Source: Gammaproteobacteria bacterium
GTDB lineage: Bacteria; Pseudomonadota; Gammaproteobacteria; CAJXQU01
Assembly: GCA_965238175.1 (NCBI GenBank)
Contig: CBDEGZ010000003.1
Coordinates: 3,232,001 to 3,296,000, forward strand
DNA length: 64,000 nucleotides
Direction of reading: 5' to 3'
Position 1 is the stretch's first letter, and every line of letters starts with the position of its first letter. Shown piece by piece: positions 1 through 10,665 of this stretch. The notes under the pieces were generated by a model. That model saw only the letters and a list, made by a program, of their open reading frames with translations. It did not search any database and was not told the DNA's origin. The position numbers were made by a program, and so were the translations under genes.

Positions 1-669
1 AACGGTAAAAATTTGATTTCGCGACAAGGAAATCGTTTTAGTGTACCGAACTGGTTTACCAAAAAATTTCCAGATCAAAAACTCGATGGTGAACTCTGGA
101 TCGGGCGCGGTACCTTTGAGCAACTGGTCAGCACTGTTAGAAAACATCGGCCTGTTGATTCCGAATGGCAAGAAGTCAAATACATGATTTTTGATCTACC
201 CGATTCGGGCAAAAACTTCACTGATCGTTTAGTTGAATTGAAAACACTCATCGATCAAGTCAGTCTTCCGCACTTGCAACTCATCAAACAGACACGTATT
301 ACTAATCACGATCAATTACAAAAAAAATTACAAAGTGCGATCAAAAAAGGCGCTGAAGGTTTGATGTTACATCGTGACGATTCACATTATCGCACTGGGC
401 GCAGTAGTGACCTATTAAAAGTTAAAACCTATCAAGATGCTGAAGCCATTGTGATCGCTTACTTACCTGGCAAGGGTAAATATAAAGACATGCTTGGCGC
501 GCTATTGGTTGAAATGCCGAATGGGAAACGGTTTAAAGTTGGATCTGGTTTTAAAGACAAGGATCGAAAAGCCCCACCTAAGATTGGATCTCAGATCACT
601 TATAAATATTTTGGTTTTACAAAAAAAGGCATTCCAAAGTTTGCGAGCTTCTTACGTATCAGGAAGTAA
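1..669 (+). CDS. ATP-dependent DNA ligase, minimal Lig E-like type, 5' truncated by window edge
   Basis: Frame open from base 1 (NGKNLISRQG). Ligase motifs LDGELW, YMIFDLP, EGLML and LLKVK, and an OB-fold C-terminus FKVGSG...PKFASFLR. Confidence 0.85.
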   Translation, partial: NGKNLISRQGNRFSVPNWFTKKFPDQKLDGELWIGRGTFEQLVSTVRKHRPVDSEWQEVKYMIFDLPDSGKNFTDRLVELKTLIDQVSLPHLQLIKQTRITNHDQLQKKLQSAIKKGAEGLMLHRDDSHYRTGRSSDLLKVKTYQDAEAIVIAYLPGKGKYKDMLGALLVEMPNGKRFKVGSGFKDKDRKAPPKIGSQITYKYFGFTKKGIPKFASFLRIRK

Positions 670-688
670 ATCAGCTCTAAAATTTTAT

Positions 689-2737
689 CTATACTCGGGC
701 AATCTCCACCAACACAGAATGCACAGTACTGCTTTCACCCATGTCAGATTTTATGCCTGGATTGAGAACATTAATATTCGCTTTGCTACCTTGCTGGCGC
801 TTCGGCCAAAATCCTTTGTAACTGAGTGCAACCCCACGTGGCACCTGATCAGAAACAGCCAGTTCTAAATTTATCTCGCCCGTGTCATTGTATAAACTGA
901 CTTGATCACCAATAAATAATTCTCTGTTGCTGGCTTCTTCGGGATGCAGGATCACTTTTGCTTTTCTCAATTGCTTTTCAATTTTCGGATCAATTCCGTA
1001 GCTGCTGTTCAGTAACCAAGCTGACGCAGGCGAAAGTAATTTGAGCTGACTTCCCAATGATTCAGGATCCAGATCGGCATGTGGTTCTGGGATCAAAGGG
1101 TGACCATCTTCCTCAGCCTGTTTTGAGGCAATTTCGATCTTTCCGCTTGGTGTCGGGAAATGACCATCAGTAAACTGTAGAACAGGATCTTTTGCGATAG
1201 GAACAGTGCCTTTTTCAGAAAGTGATTCAAATGTTTCTCCAACGCCGGATCCTTTGAGTACGCGATCAATAATCGCTCGATCAGATTCAAATAATTCAGC
1301 TTCAGTGAATCCCATCGCCTTAGCTAGACACCGAAAGATCTCGGAATTTTGTAATGACGCTCCCATCGGCTCAACGGCCTTAACTTGAGCGGACAAGCTT
1401 AAATTGAAATAGGACACGACTAAATCGTCATGTTCGAGAAAACTTGCTGCGGGCAAAATATAATCCGCATAATCTGCAGTATCAGTTGGAAAGATGTCTA
1501 GCACCACCGTCAATAAATCCTCGCGAGATAATGCTTCGCGTTGTCTTGTTTGTTGTGGGTTAGAAGCCAAACTATTCGCGTTCCAGCAAAAAAAGGCCTG
1601 GGAACGATCAGGATCTTCCAAACAATCGGCAAGATCCATATGACTGATACTTTCTGATCCTTCGCCCAAATGTGATCCTGACACATAATCTTCATCGATA
1701 TTGCGATTTCCAAAACCATTAAGATACAAAAAACCACTACCTGCTTTACCAAAATTTCCCGTCACGGCGGGTAATAAAGAACAGGCGCGCATCGCATTCC
1801 CTCCGCGATTTTGTCGTTGCAAACCCTGTCCGAGCCAAAGCATGGCCGACCCACTTCCATAAATCTTTGCGGCTTGTTCGATGAAGTGCGCAGGGACACC
1901 AGTTTTCTCTTCGGTCCAATCGGGCGTGCAAGACAATAACTTCTCTTCTAGCTGTTCCCAACCGATTGCATTATTAGCAAGATAGTCACGATCAATTTGT
2001 TCATCGCGAAGTAATACGTGCATTATTCCAAATGCTAATGCGGCGTCGCTGCCTGGATAATTCTGTAAATGCAGATCAGCAGCTTCAGCCGTTTCGGTAC
2101 GGATAGGATCTACGACCACAACTTTAGCAGATGACTCAGACAGCCAGTATTTATCAATGTGACTAGCCGAAGACGATGGGTTGGCTCCCCACACAAGAAT
2201 ACATTCAGCATCCTTCGCTGTGCGCGGATCAAAACCATCCAACGAACTACCGTAATTATAATCAAGTGCGGTATGACCTGCATTATTACAAACCGTATCA
2301 GGATTAACTTCGGTCGCGCCTAGTCGATTAAAGAAGCGCATAGGAAACAAAAAACCAAGTAACGCAAACGTACCCGTGTAATGGGTATTCAGTATTGTAC
2401 GCGCGCCTTTTTCCTGAATAATGTTTTGTAGCTTTTCAGCAATTTCAGATAAGGCTTGATCCCAACTTACAGGTTCAAAACGACCCTCACCCTTTCGTCC
2501 AGTCCGACGTAAAGGTTGGGTAATTCGTGAGTCTGGATCAAGCCAAGTATTGTTATAAGCAACAGCACATTTAGGACAAAGTTTACCGCGACTCACTGGG
2601 TGTTTTGGATCACCTCCTACTCTGAATATTTTATTATCTGCAATCGTGATGGCCATGCCGCAAGCATCGTAACAATCCCGTGGGCACGTTGTTAAAACCG
2701 TTCGTTTTTTACTAGTCGATGCTGCATTGGTTTCCAT
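689..2737 (-). CDS. Molybdopterin (DMSO reductase superfamily) oxidoreductase, cytoplasmic, substrate unknown
   Basis: N-terminal Fe-S motif CPRDCYDAC...LCPK, PLRR, VSWDQAL, WGANP, VVDP and TADYADYILPAA. No twin-arginine signal. GAGG SD before ATG 2737. Confidence 0.85.
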   Translation of the reverse strand: METNAASTSKKRTVLTTCPRDCYDACGMAITIADNKIFRVGGDPKHPVSRGKLCPKCAVAYNNTWLDPDSRITQPLRRTGRKGEGRFEPVSWDQALSEIAEKLQNIIQEKGARTILNTHYTGTFALLGFLFPMRFFNRLGATEVNPDTVCNNAGHTALDYNYGSSLDGFDPRTAKDAECILVWGANPSSSASHIDKYWLSESSAKVVVVDPIRTETAEAADLHLQNYPGSDAALAFGIMHVLLRDEQIDRDYLANNAIGWEQLEEKLLSCTPDWTEEKTGVPAHFIEQAAKIYGSGSAMLWLGQGLQRQNRGGNAMRACSLLPAVTGNFGKAGSGFLYLNGFGNRNIDEDYVSGSHLGEGSESISHMDLADCLEDPDRSQAFFCWNANSLASNPQQTRQREALSREDLLTVVLDIFPTDTADYADYILPAASFLEHDDLVVSYFNLSLSAQVKAVEPMGASLQNSEIFRCLAKAMGFTEAELFESDRAIIDRVLKGSGVGETFESLSEKGTVPIAKDPVLQFTDGHFPTPSGKIEIASKQAEEDGHPLIPEPHADLDPESLGSQLKLLSPASAWLLNSSYGIDPKIEKQLRKAKVILHPEEASNRELFIGDQVSLYNDTGEINLELAVSDQVPRGVALSYKGFWPKRQQGSKANINVLNPGIKSDMGESSTVHSVLVEIARV

Positions 2738-2933
2738 TACACACCTCAAACACAATTGCTATCATTCAAAAAATGAGCTGAAATTCTCTTTGATACTATC
2801 AAGGATAAATTGGATCAGTCTATTGCCCATCATGGGTAGCTCTGACAATTTTTGCTCGGACTGTAGTGTAAGTGTAACAACTGGACTGATCGTAGAACGG
2901 GACGTTAGTTAATTATCTTAAACCTGGTCTGGG

Positions 2934-3341
2934 TTAAGTAGAATGATAAACCTCACGCGCTGCCTTGAAATGTTCTAAGGAATAATCAGTCAGCCATTTG
3001 AGATCTAATGCTGGGCTCGCTTTGTCTTTCGCGTGATAGTAGGCTTCCATAAATTCTTCGTCGGGAGCATGTAACCATTCCTCTGTTTGAGTTTGGACTG
3101 ATAGTGAATCTTGTCGAAAGATTTCCTCAAAGACAGCATCAACAATGACGTCAAACGATTTTTCTTTTATGTTATAGCCAGTTGCATAACCTCGACAAAA
3201 ACCAAGAATAGAAGCGGTGATATATCGACTAGTTTGCATTTCAGACGGTACATTATCGTAAAGGCTTTTAAGTGGATCAAAACAATTTGAAAAAGCCTGC
3301 TTTAATTTTTTCTTGTGTTTCAAAACTTCCAAACCAAACAT
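2934..3341 (-). CDS. Hypothetical protein, paralog of 3372..3782
   Basis: Strong SD (AGGAGG). Aligns without gaps to its neighbour at about 50% identity by hand count. Confidence 0.85.
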   Translation of the reverse strand: MFGLEVLKHKKKLKQAFSNCFDPLKSLYDNVPSEMQTSRYITASILGFCRGYATGYNIKEKSFDVIVDAVFEEIFRQDSLSVQTQTEEWLHAPDEEFMEAYYHAKDKASPALDLKWLTDYSLEHFKAAREVYHST

Positions 3342-3371
3342 AGTTTATTTACCTCCTATGTGTTTCCCTAC

Positions 3372-3782
3372 TCATAACATTAAACCCGTCGCAGGTTTGA
3401 AGTTCGCCTTTAGGTATTCCGTTAACCAAGCAAGATCTACTGTCTCACTTTTCTGTGAACTCGCATGCTGATATGCCTTTAGAAATTCTTCATTGTTCTC
3501 GCTTTCCCAACTATCTGCACGGGTTTGAACAGCAACAGATTCTCGTCGGAACAATTCTTCGAACACCGCGTCTGCAATCACGTTGATGTCCTTTTGTTTA
3601 ATATTATGTGATGCGCTGTAAGTTCTACAGACACCTAAAATAGAAGCGGCAATTTGTGGGCTTGTTTGCATATCTAGTGGGACGTTTCCAAGCTCGTCTT
3701 TCAGCGGCTGAAAACAATCAGAGAACGCTCGTATTAATAATCTTTTATGTTTTCCAGCTCCAAACCCGAACATCTTTGCCAT
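3372..3782 (-). CDS. Hypothetical protein, paralog of 2934..3341
   Basis: GGAG SD before ATG. Shared blocks AFSxCFxPLK, NVPxxMQTS, ASILGxCR and DAVFEExFR. Confidence 0.85.
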   Translation of the reverse strand: MAKMFGFGAGKHKRLLIRAFSDCFQPLKDELGNVPLDMQTSPQIAASILGVCRTYSASHNIKQKDINVIADAVFEELFRRESVAVQTRADSWESENNEEFLKAYQHASSQKSETVDLAWLTEYLKANFKPATGLML

Positions 3783-3840
3783 TCTCCGAACTCTTAGATT
3801 GTTTAGTTTTAATCTGAAGTTTTCATTTTTAGATCAAAAA

Positions 3841-4216
3841 AGAGTTGGCCGATAAGCCGGGTTCTGTCCACCTCTAAATAAATTTAGGGATGTGACAGTC
3901 ATTCATCTGGGATGCACGTCACCATGCACCTCTAGCAACCTACCCGGGAACTCATGCGGACCACACGATACCGCTCGAAGCGGCGCATTCCCCTATTTGG
4001 TCTTGCTCCAGGTGGGGTTTACCCTGCCACTGGCTTTCACCAGCGCGGTGCGCTCTTACCGCACCATTTCACCCTTACCTGTCGAAACAGGCGGTATATT
4101 TTCTGCGGCACTTTCCGTAGGCTTTCGCCCCCTAGACGTTATCTAGCACCCTGCCCTATGGAGCCCGGACTTTCCTCTGTTACCTTATAGATAACAGCGA
4201 CTGCCTGGCCAACTCT
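3841..4216 (-). ncRNA. rnpB: RNase P RNA, class A
   Basis: Minus strand reads AGAGTTGGCCAGGCAGTCGC...GAGGAAAGTCCGGGCTCCATAGGGC...GGTAAACCCCACCTGGAGCAAG...ACAGAACCCGGCTTATCGGCCAACTCT. P1 ends are complementary. Lies downstream of rsmI as usual. Confidence 0.97.
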
Positions 4217-4223
4217 GCTGCCT

Positions 4224-4253
4224 AGTTTACCTGAACTAGCGACAAGCGGTTAA
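4224..4253 (-). promoter_or_regulatory. Probable sigma70 promoter of rnpB
   Basis: TTAACC-N18-TAAACT, with the -10 hexamer 7 nt before the P1 5' strand. Confidence 0.5.
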
Positions 4254-4264
4254 TTAGCAGGCAT

Positions 4265-4288
4265 AAAAAGCCTACAAAGATGAGGCTT
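4265..4288 (-). terminator. Possible intrinsic terminator after rsmI
   Basis: AAGCCT-N9-AGGCTT followed by TTT on the minus strand. Confidence 0.4.
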
Positions 4289-4359
4289 GTATATTATTTA
4301 AATCAAAAAGAAGCTTTATTTTTGATCTATTTTAAAGGCTGGGATATAACAACTTATTT

Positions 4360-5229
4360 TTACTTTTCCTGGTCTATTTTTTCTTGCGCCAACTTATAGA
4401 GCTGATTTTTTTTTGCCCCCGTGATCTTAACTGCCACTGCCACGGCCTGGCTTGGTGGAAGGCTTTCTAATAATATTTCCAGGATCCTTTCTGGTTCACC
4501 ATCTTCTTTTTGATCTTCTTGTTGAAACCCTTCAACAAGAATCACAATCTCACCTCGACATTGGCCTGGATCATTTTCTAGCCATTGTTCAAGTTCTTGT
4601 AACGATTCTGACCGTATCGTTTCATAGATTTTTGTTAATTCACGCGCAATGCAAGCGAGCCTCTTTGATCCAAAGATCTCTTTCAAATCAGAAATACAGG
4701 CGGCTAACCGATGTGGTGCTTCATAAAAAATCTGTGTCGCTGATTCCGCTTTTAAAGCCTGTAGTGTTTTTAGTCTCGCCATTTTCTTTGCAGGCAAAAA
4801 ACCATTGAAGGTAAATCGATCAGACGCGAGACCTGATACGCTAAGAGCTGCAATTAATGCACAAACTCCGGGTATCGGAATAACCTGAATGTCCACCTGT
4901 CGCGCAAGCGATAAAAGGTAATATCCCGGATCACTTACCAACGGTGTTCCTGCATCGCTGATCAAAGCCATGCTTTCGCCAGCTTGAATTCGTTCAATCA
5001 AATCTGCAGCGACTTTTCGCTCGTTATGATCATGACAGGCTTTCATTGAGGTCGTGATACCAAACTTTTTCAGCAAACCGCCACTATGCCGGGTGTCTTC
5101 TGCCAGAATCAGATCAACATTTTGCAAAGTCGCGATCCCTCGCGGCGTCATATCATCAAGATTTCCAATCGGTGTCGCAACAACATATAAAATACCGCTT
5201 TGTTGTTCCTGATCTTGCTTTCGTGCCAC
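4360..5229 (-). CDS. rsmI: 16S rRNA C1402 2'-O-methyltransferase
   Basis: LYVVATPIGNL, AEDTR, SDAGTP, FYEAPHR and RELTKIYE motifs. Divergent from lpoA. Confidence 0.96.
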   Translation of the reverse strand: MARKQDQEQQSGILYVVATPIGNLDDMTPRGIATLQNVDLILAEDTRHSGGLLKKFGITTSMKACHDHNERKVAADLIERIQAGESMALISDAGTPLVSDPGYYLLSLARQVDIQVIPIPGVCALIAALSVSGLASDRFTFNGFLPAKKMARLKTLQALKAESATQIFYEAPHRLAACISDLKEIFGSKRLACIARELTKIYETIRSESLQELEQWLENDPGQCRGEIVILVEGFQQEDQKEDGEPERILEILLESLPPSQAVAVAVKITGAKKNQLYKLAQEKIDQEK

Positions 5230-5295
5230 TTAAGAATACCCTCACGTTGAAAAATAAATGTTAAACTCCCAACTCATCCGATCGTAGGAACAGAA

Positions 5296-7207
5296 ATGTT
5301 GTTTCAACCACCAATTCGTTTATTTCCTTTTTTATTGATTCTGGCGCTATTTGCCGGCTGTGTTAGTCAACCAACCAAAGAAGAAGCTCCACCTCCAGGC
5401 CAAATCGAAGTTGCCATACAACTATTAGGCAGTGGTGATTATAACGCGGCGGCCGCTGAATATTTGAAATTAGCTAACAGTGCTTCTTCGACTCTAGAAG
5501 ATGGCACACCTTCTTTTTTGATATCCGATTACCAACTCTCAGCAGCTGAAGCTTACGTTAAAGCGGGTGACAGTCTCAAGGCCAGAAAAGTACTTGCGTT
5601 GGTCGAACACAATTTGTTAGATGCACCCTTAAGCGATCGATACCACCTAACTAGCGCAAAAATCGCACAACTTGACCAACAACCTGAACAGGTCATCAGT
5701 TCACTCGACCAAATATCAGCTGACCAACACACTCAAAAAATGCTGCAAATGCAGATTGCTGCCTTTGGAGAATTAGATTCGCCAATAGAAGCCGCTCGCA
5801 AACGAGCATTAATCGATCCCTTTCTTGAATCAACTCTCGAACAGAATGAGAATCGTCGAGCAATTTGGAAAACGATCAACCAGCAAGAACTAGCAATTCT
5901 CAAACAACTACAAACCAACTCACGAGATCCGTTAATAGGCTGGAGTCAACTTGCAAGCATAGCGAGAGAATCAATCTTTGACGCAGAAATTTTTGGGCGG
6001 GAAATTTCGAGGTGGCGTTTGAATTTCCCAGAACATGCTGCTGAAGAACCCATTCTCAGTGAGTTATTTGAAAAAAGTAAAACCTTAGGAACCAAAGTCA
6101 CTAGCATTGCACTGTTACTTCCTGAAAGTGGACGCTTTGCTCAAGCCGGTGCTGCACTGCGAGATGGTTTTTTATCTGCATGGTATAGCGAAAATGATCG
6201 ATCCGATCAGCCAATAGTTCACGTCTATGACGCAAATGAAGAAAACATTCTCGATGTTTATCAACAAGCTATTGAGGAAGGTGCGGATCTTGTCGTTGGC
6301 CCATTAGAAAAGAATACGCTGAAGACATTATTATCGATGCAAACATTGCCAGTAAGAACGTTGGCTTTAAATCAGCTTGATGAACAATCCTTAGTTCAAT
6401 TCCAAACCCATATTGATTCTGATCATTTTTACCAATTTGGACTCTCTCCCGAACAAGAGGCAAAGCAAGTTGCTAGCAAAGCCTGGGCAGAAGGTTATAC
6501 TCAAGCACTGGCTATAACGCCCGAAGGTAATTGGGGCGATCGGCTTTTTGATGCCTTTAAAACTGAATATGAAGAGCTCGGTGGCATCATTTTGGAACAT
6601 CAAAAGTTTGCCACTTCGACAACTGAATATTCCACTATTGTCTCTCACCTTTTGAATATTGATGGTAGTCAGCAACGTTTTGATGCCTTGACCAAAATAT
6701 TGGATCGCAAGATCAAATTTGAAGCGCGTCCAAGAAAAGATGTGGATTTTGTCTTTATGGCAGCCCTGCCAGTTCATGCACGTCAAATTCGACCACAACT
6801 ATTATTCCATCGTGCTTCACGAATACCCGTAATTGCAACTTCACATACCTTTGGTCTGCCACCCCGTGGAGAACCAGATCTTGATCTTGAAGGCGTTATT
6901 ATTGGTGATATGCCGTGGTTGATCGAGAATCAGGAAATAGATCCTGAGACACCTTTATCAATGCAGCAAAATTGGCCAGACAACAATGCTGCCTTCCTGC
7001 GACTTTTTGCACTCGGTATTGACGCATACAAAATTATTCCACACCTCGGTCGTTTAAGGTTGCAAATCGGTGAAAATTTCATTGGTGAAACTGGCACTTT
7101 ATCGATGAATGAAAATGCACAGATCCAGCGTGACCTGGCGTGGGCAAAATTCTTGCGTGGAAAACCTAGTTTGATCAAAAATCAATACTCTTCAAATATT
7201 CCATCTC

Positions 7208-7236
<29 letters not shown>
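5296..7236 (+). CDS. lpoA: Penicillin-binding protein activator lipoprotein (LppC/LpoA)
   Basis: Lipobox LFAGC, IALLLPESG, VVGPLEK and RLFALGIDAY. rsmI-lpoA-yraN synteny. Confidence 0.9.
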
Positions 7237-8163
<927 letters not shown>

Positions 8164-8172
8164 GAATTAATT

Positions 8173-8754
8173 ATGTCAAAAATGAGTTTGATAAATCTGT
8201 CACTGATTTGTTTGTTAGTACAGGCTTGCGCCGCCCCACTCGTCGTTGGTGGCGTTGCAACCGGAGCTGCGGTGGCAAACGATAAACGTACAACAGGCAC
8301 TTTTGTAGAAGACGAGGTGATAGAATTAAAGATCAGATCTGCACTATTAGGAGATAAATCTTTTAAAGATCAAATTCATATCAATGCCACCAGTTTTAAT
8401 ACTATTGTTTTACTTACTGGTGAAGCGACAACTGAAGCAATTCGTCAGCAAATCGTAACGATTGCTAAAAATATCGAAAAGGTTAGTCACGTCTTTAATG
8501 AAATCCGGATCGCGGCGCCAAGCGCACTGTTGGCGAGAAGTAGCGATACACTGCTGACATCAAATGTTAAAGCACGTGTTTTGGCCGACAAAACTGTTGA
8601 TGGCACCAAAGTCAAAGTCGTTACAGAAGCTGGGGTTGTTTACCTGATGGGAATTGTCACACGCCAACAAGGTGCGAATGCAGCACAAGTTGCAAGTAAA
8701 GCCTCGGGTGTTCAGAAAGTTGTTAAACTTTTTCAGTACATCGACCAGGGTTAG
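8173..8754 (+). CDS. dolP: Dual BON-domain lipoprotein
   Basis: Lipobox VQAC, DKRTTGTFVED, VLLTGE and KVVTEAGVVYLMG. Confidence 0.88.
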   Translation: MSKMSLINLSLICLLVQACAAPLVVGGVATGAAVANDKRTTGTFVEDEVIELKIRSALLGDKSFKDQIHINATSFNTIVLLTGEATTEAIRQQIVTIAKNIEKVSHVFNEIRIAAPSALLARSSDTLLTSNVKARVLADKTVDGTKVKVVTEAGVVYLMGIVTRQQGANAAQVASKASGVQKVVKLFQYIDQG

Positions 8755-8781
8755 TATTTAACAACTGGAACCTATGACTTG

Positions 8782-9198
8782 TTACTTTACGACGCGTAGG
8801 AAAGGCGGCTTTTTTGATCCCTTATTAGTAGGGGGAGGGGTACCAGGATCCTCAGGTGGTGACGTGGTTGGCGGCGGTACGTTTTCTTCTTCAGCAAACA
8901 CCATACCCTTACCATTTTCCTGCGCATATATTGCTTTCACTGCATAAACTGGTACGTGTATATCTTGAGGAACCCCACCAAAACGTGCATTAAAATAGAT
9001 CCACCCATTTCCTAGATCTAAAAATTTAACTGCCATGGGTGAGATATTCAATATTATCTGTCCATCTGTCACGAACTCGAGCGGGATTTGTGCACCTTCA
9101 GCCTCTGCATCTACCATCAAATGCGGTGTTAAGTCATTGTTGAGAATCCATTCATAAAATGCTCGAACCAGATAAGGTTTCGTTGGGCTTAAATCCAT
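8782..9198 (-). CDS. sspB: ClpXP adaptor SspB
   Basis: KPYLVRAFYEWI, ARFGG, IYAQENGKG and C-terminal ClpX-binding LRVVK. Confidence 0.95.
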   Translation of the reverse strand: MDLSPTKPYLVRAFYEWILNNDLTPHLMVDAEAEGAQIPLEFVTDGQIILNISPMAVKFLDLGNGWIYFNARFGGVPQDIHVPVYAVKAIYAQENGKGMVFAEEENVPPPTTSPPEDPGTPPPTNKGSKKPPFLRVVK

Positions 9199-9215
9199 GT
9201 CTAACCTACCTCACA

Positions 9216-9839
9216 CTATCCAAGTTCTCGTTCAGCTTCAGACATACTCGTCTGAAAACCTTCGCGATCAAATAACTTCTTCGCATATTTCTGTAATGGT
9301 TTTGCCTGTGGTGGCAGCTCCACGCCGTAGCTTTGAAGACGCCAAAGAATGGGGCCAAGACTACAATCGACCAGGGAAAAATCGTCAGACATAAAAAATT
9401 CAAAACTTTCAAAGGCGGGTGAAATTGCAGTAAGGTTATCGCGCATTATTTTTTGAGCATTTGTTTTTACTGCTTCTTTACCATTTCCTATATCATCTAT
9501 GAGACTGTAAAGATCTTTCATAATTCGGTAGGCTAACTGACGATTCGTTGCTCGGGAGACAGGATCAACCGGCATAAGTGGAGGATGCGGAAATCGTTCA
9601 TCCATATATTCCATAATAATCCGTGGTTCATACAAAACCAAATCACGATCTACCAGTGTCAATACAGAGTTGTAGGGATTTAATCCGATGATTTCTTCAG
9701 GAATATTGTCATGATCTACGAAATTGACTTCAACATTAATGTCTTTTTCTGCAATACAAAAACGAACACAGTGACCAACCGGATCCAATGGATCAGAATA
9801 AAAAGACATGACTGAACGTCGATTAACAAGCGCATTCAT
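9216..9839 (-). CDS. sspA: Stringent starvation protein A
   Basis: NPYNS, LVDRDL and EYMDERFPHPPLMPV. Confidence 0.95.
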   Translation of the reverse strand: MNALVNRRSVMSFYSDPLDPVGHCVRFCIAEKDINVEVNFVDHDNIPEEIIGLNPYNSVLTLVDRDLVLYEPRIIMEYMDERFPHPPLMPVDPVSRATNRQLAYRIMKDLYSLIDDIGNGKEAVKTNAQKIMRDNLTAISPAFESFEFFMSDDFSLVDCSLGPILWRLQSYGVELPPQAKPLQKYAKKLFDREGFQTSMSEAERELG

Positions 9840-9933
9840 TAGAAAACCCCATAAAGAAATACTAAACGAAAATCATACCACGCTTGTCAACCCCTTCCCC
9901 ATTCAATAAATGGAGGAGGATAAAGTCTTAATA

Positions 9934-10665
9934 CTAACGTACGTCTTTCCAGTATTCTTTTTTCAGCAAATAGGCGGGAACAAGCAATACTAATAGGAAT
10001 ATAATCACCCAGAAACCAATATCCTTTCTGATTAATTTTGCAGGCTCCCCCATGTAGACCATGAAATTAACCAAATCACGCCGTGCGGTTCTAAATTCAC
10101 TTTCACTCATCTTACCCGGCGTCATCAGTGCTAAATTATTAATCACCTTTGATGACTCATCGCCATGATGATCGTCATAAACTGGTTTTTGCATACCCTG
10201 TAATTCCAGTAAAACATGCGGCATCGCAGTATCTTTGAAAACCAGATTATTAACGCCTGTCTCTTTACCAGGATCAACATAATAAGAATCCAGGAAAGTA
10301 TAGATCCAGTTCGCGCCACGTGAACGGGCAATCACAGAAAGATCTGGCGGTGCTACACCTAGCCATTTCTTCGCATCATCAGCACGCACGGCAACCTTCA
10401 TGTTATTACCGATTTTATCGGTGGTAAACACCATGTTTTCGAGCATAACCTCTTCAGGTATACCCAAGTCTTTTGCCATGCCGTTAAAGCGCATGTAAGC
10501 CGCGGAATGGCAACTTAAGCAATAGTTAACGAATAGCTTCGCCCCCCGTTGCAATGATGCCCTGTCACTAAGATCTACACGTGCATCTTTAAGTCTAACA
10601 CCGGCACCAGCAGCAGAAGCCGCAATAGGGACAATCAATAAAAAAATCAGTATAAGTTTTTTCAT
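9934..10665 (-). CDS. petC: Cytochrome c1
   Basis: Signal peptide, CLSCH heme motif, PPDLS, MPHVL and C-terminal TM...EYWKD. Confidence 0.96.
   Translation of the reverse strand: MKKLILIFLLIVPIAASAAGAGVRLKDARVDLSDRASLQRGAKLFVNYCLSCHSAAYMRFNGMAKDLGIPEEVMLENMVFTTDKIGNNMKVAVRADDAKKWLGVAPPDLSVIARSRGANWIYTFLDSYYVDPGKETGVNNLVFKDTAMPHVLLELQGMQKPVYDDHHGDESSKVINNLALMTPGKMSESEFRTARRDLVNFMVYMGEPAKLIRKDIGFWVIIFLLVLLVPAYLLKKEYWKDVR

Noticed and set aside
3892-4190. Two plus-strand ORFs (84 and 78 aa)
   Set aside because: They are antisense shadows of the RNase P RNA.
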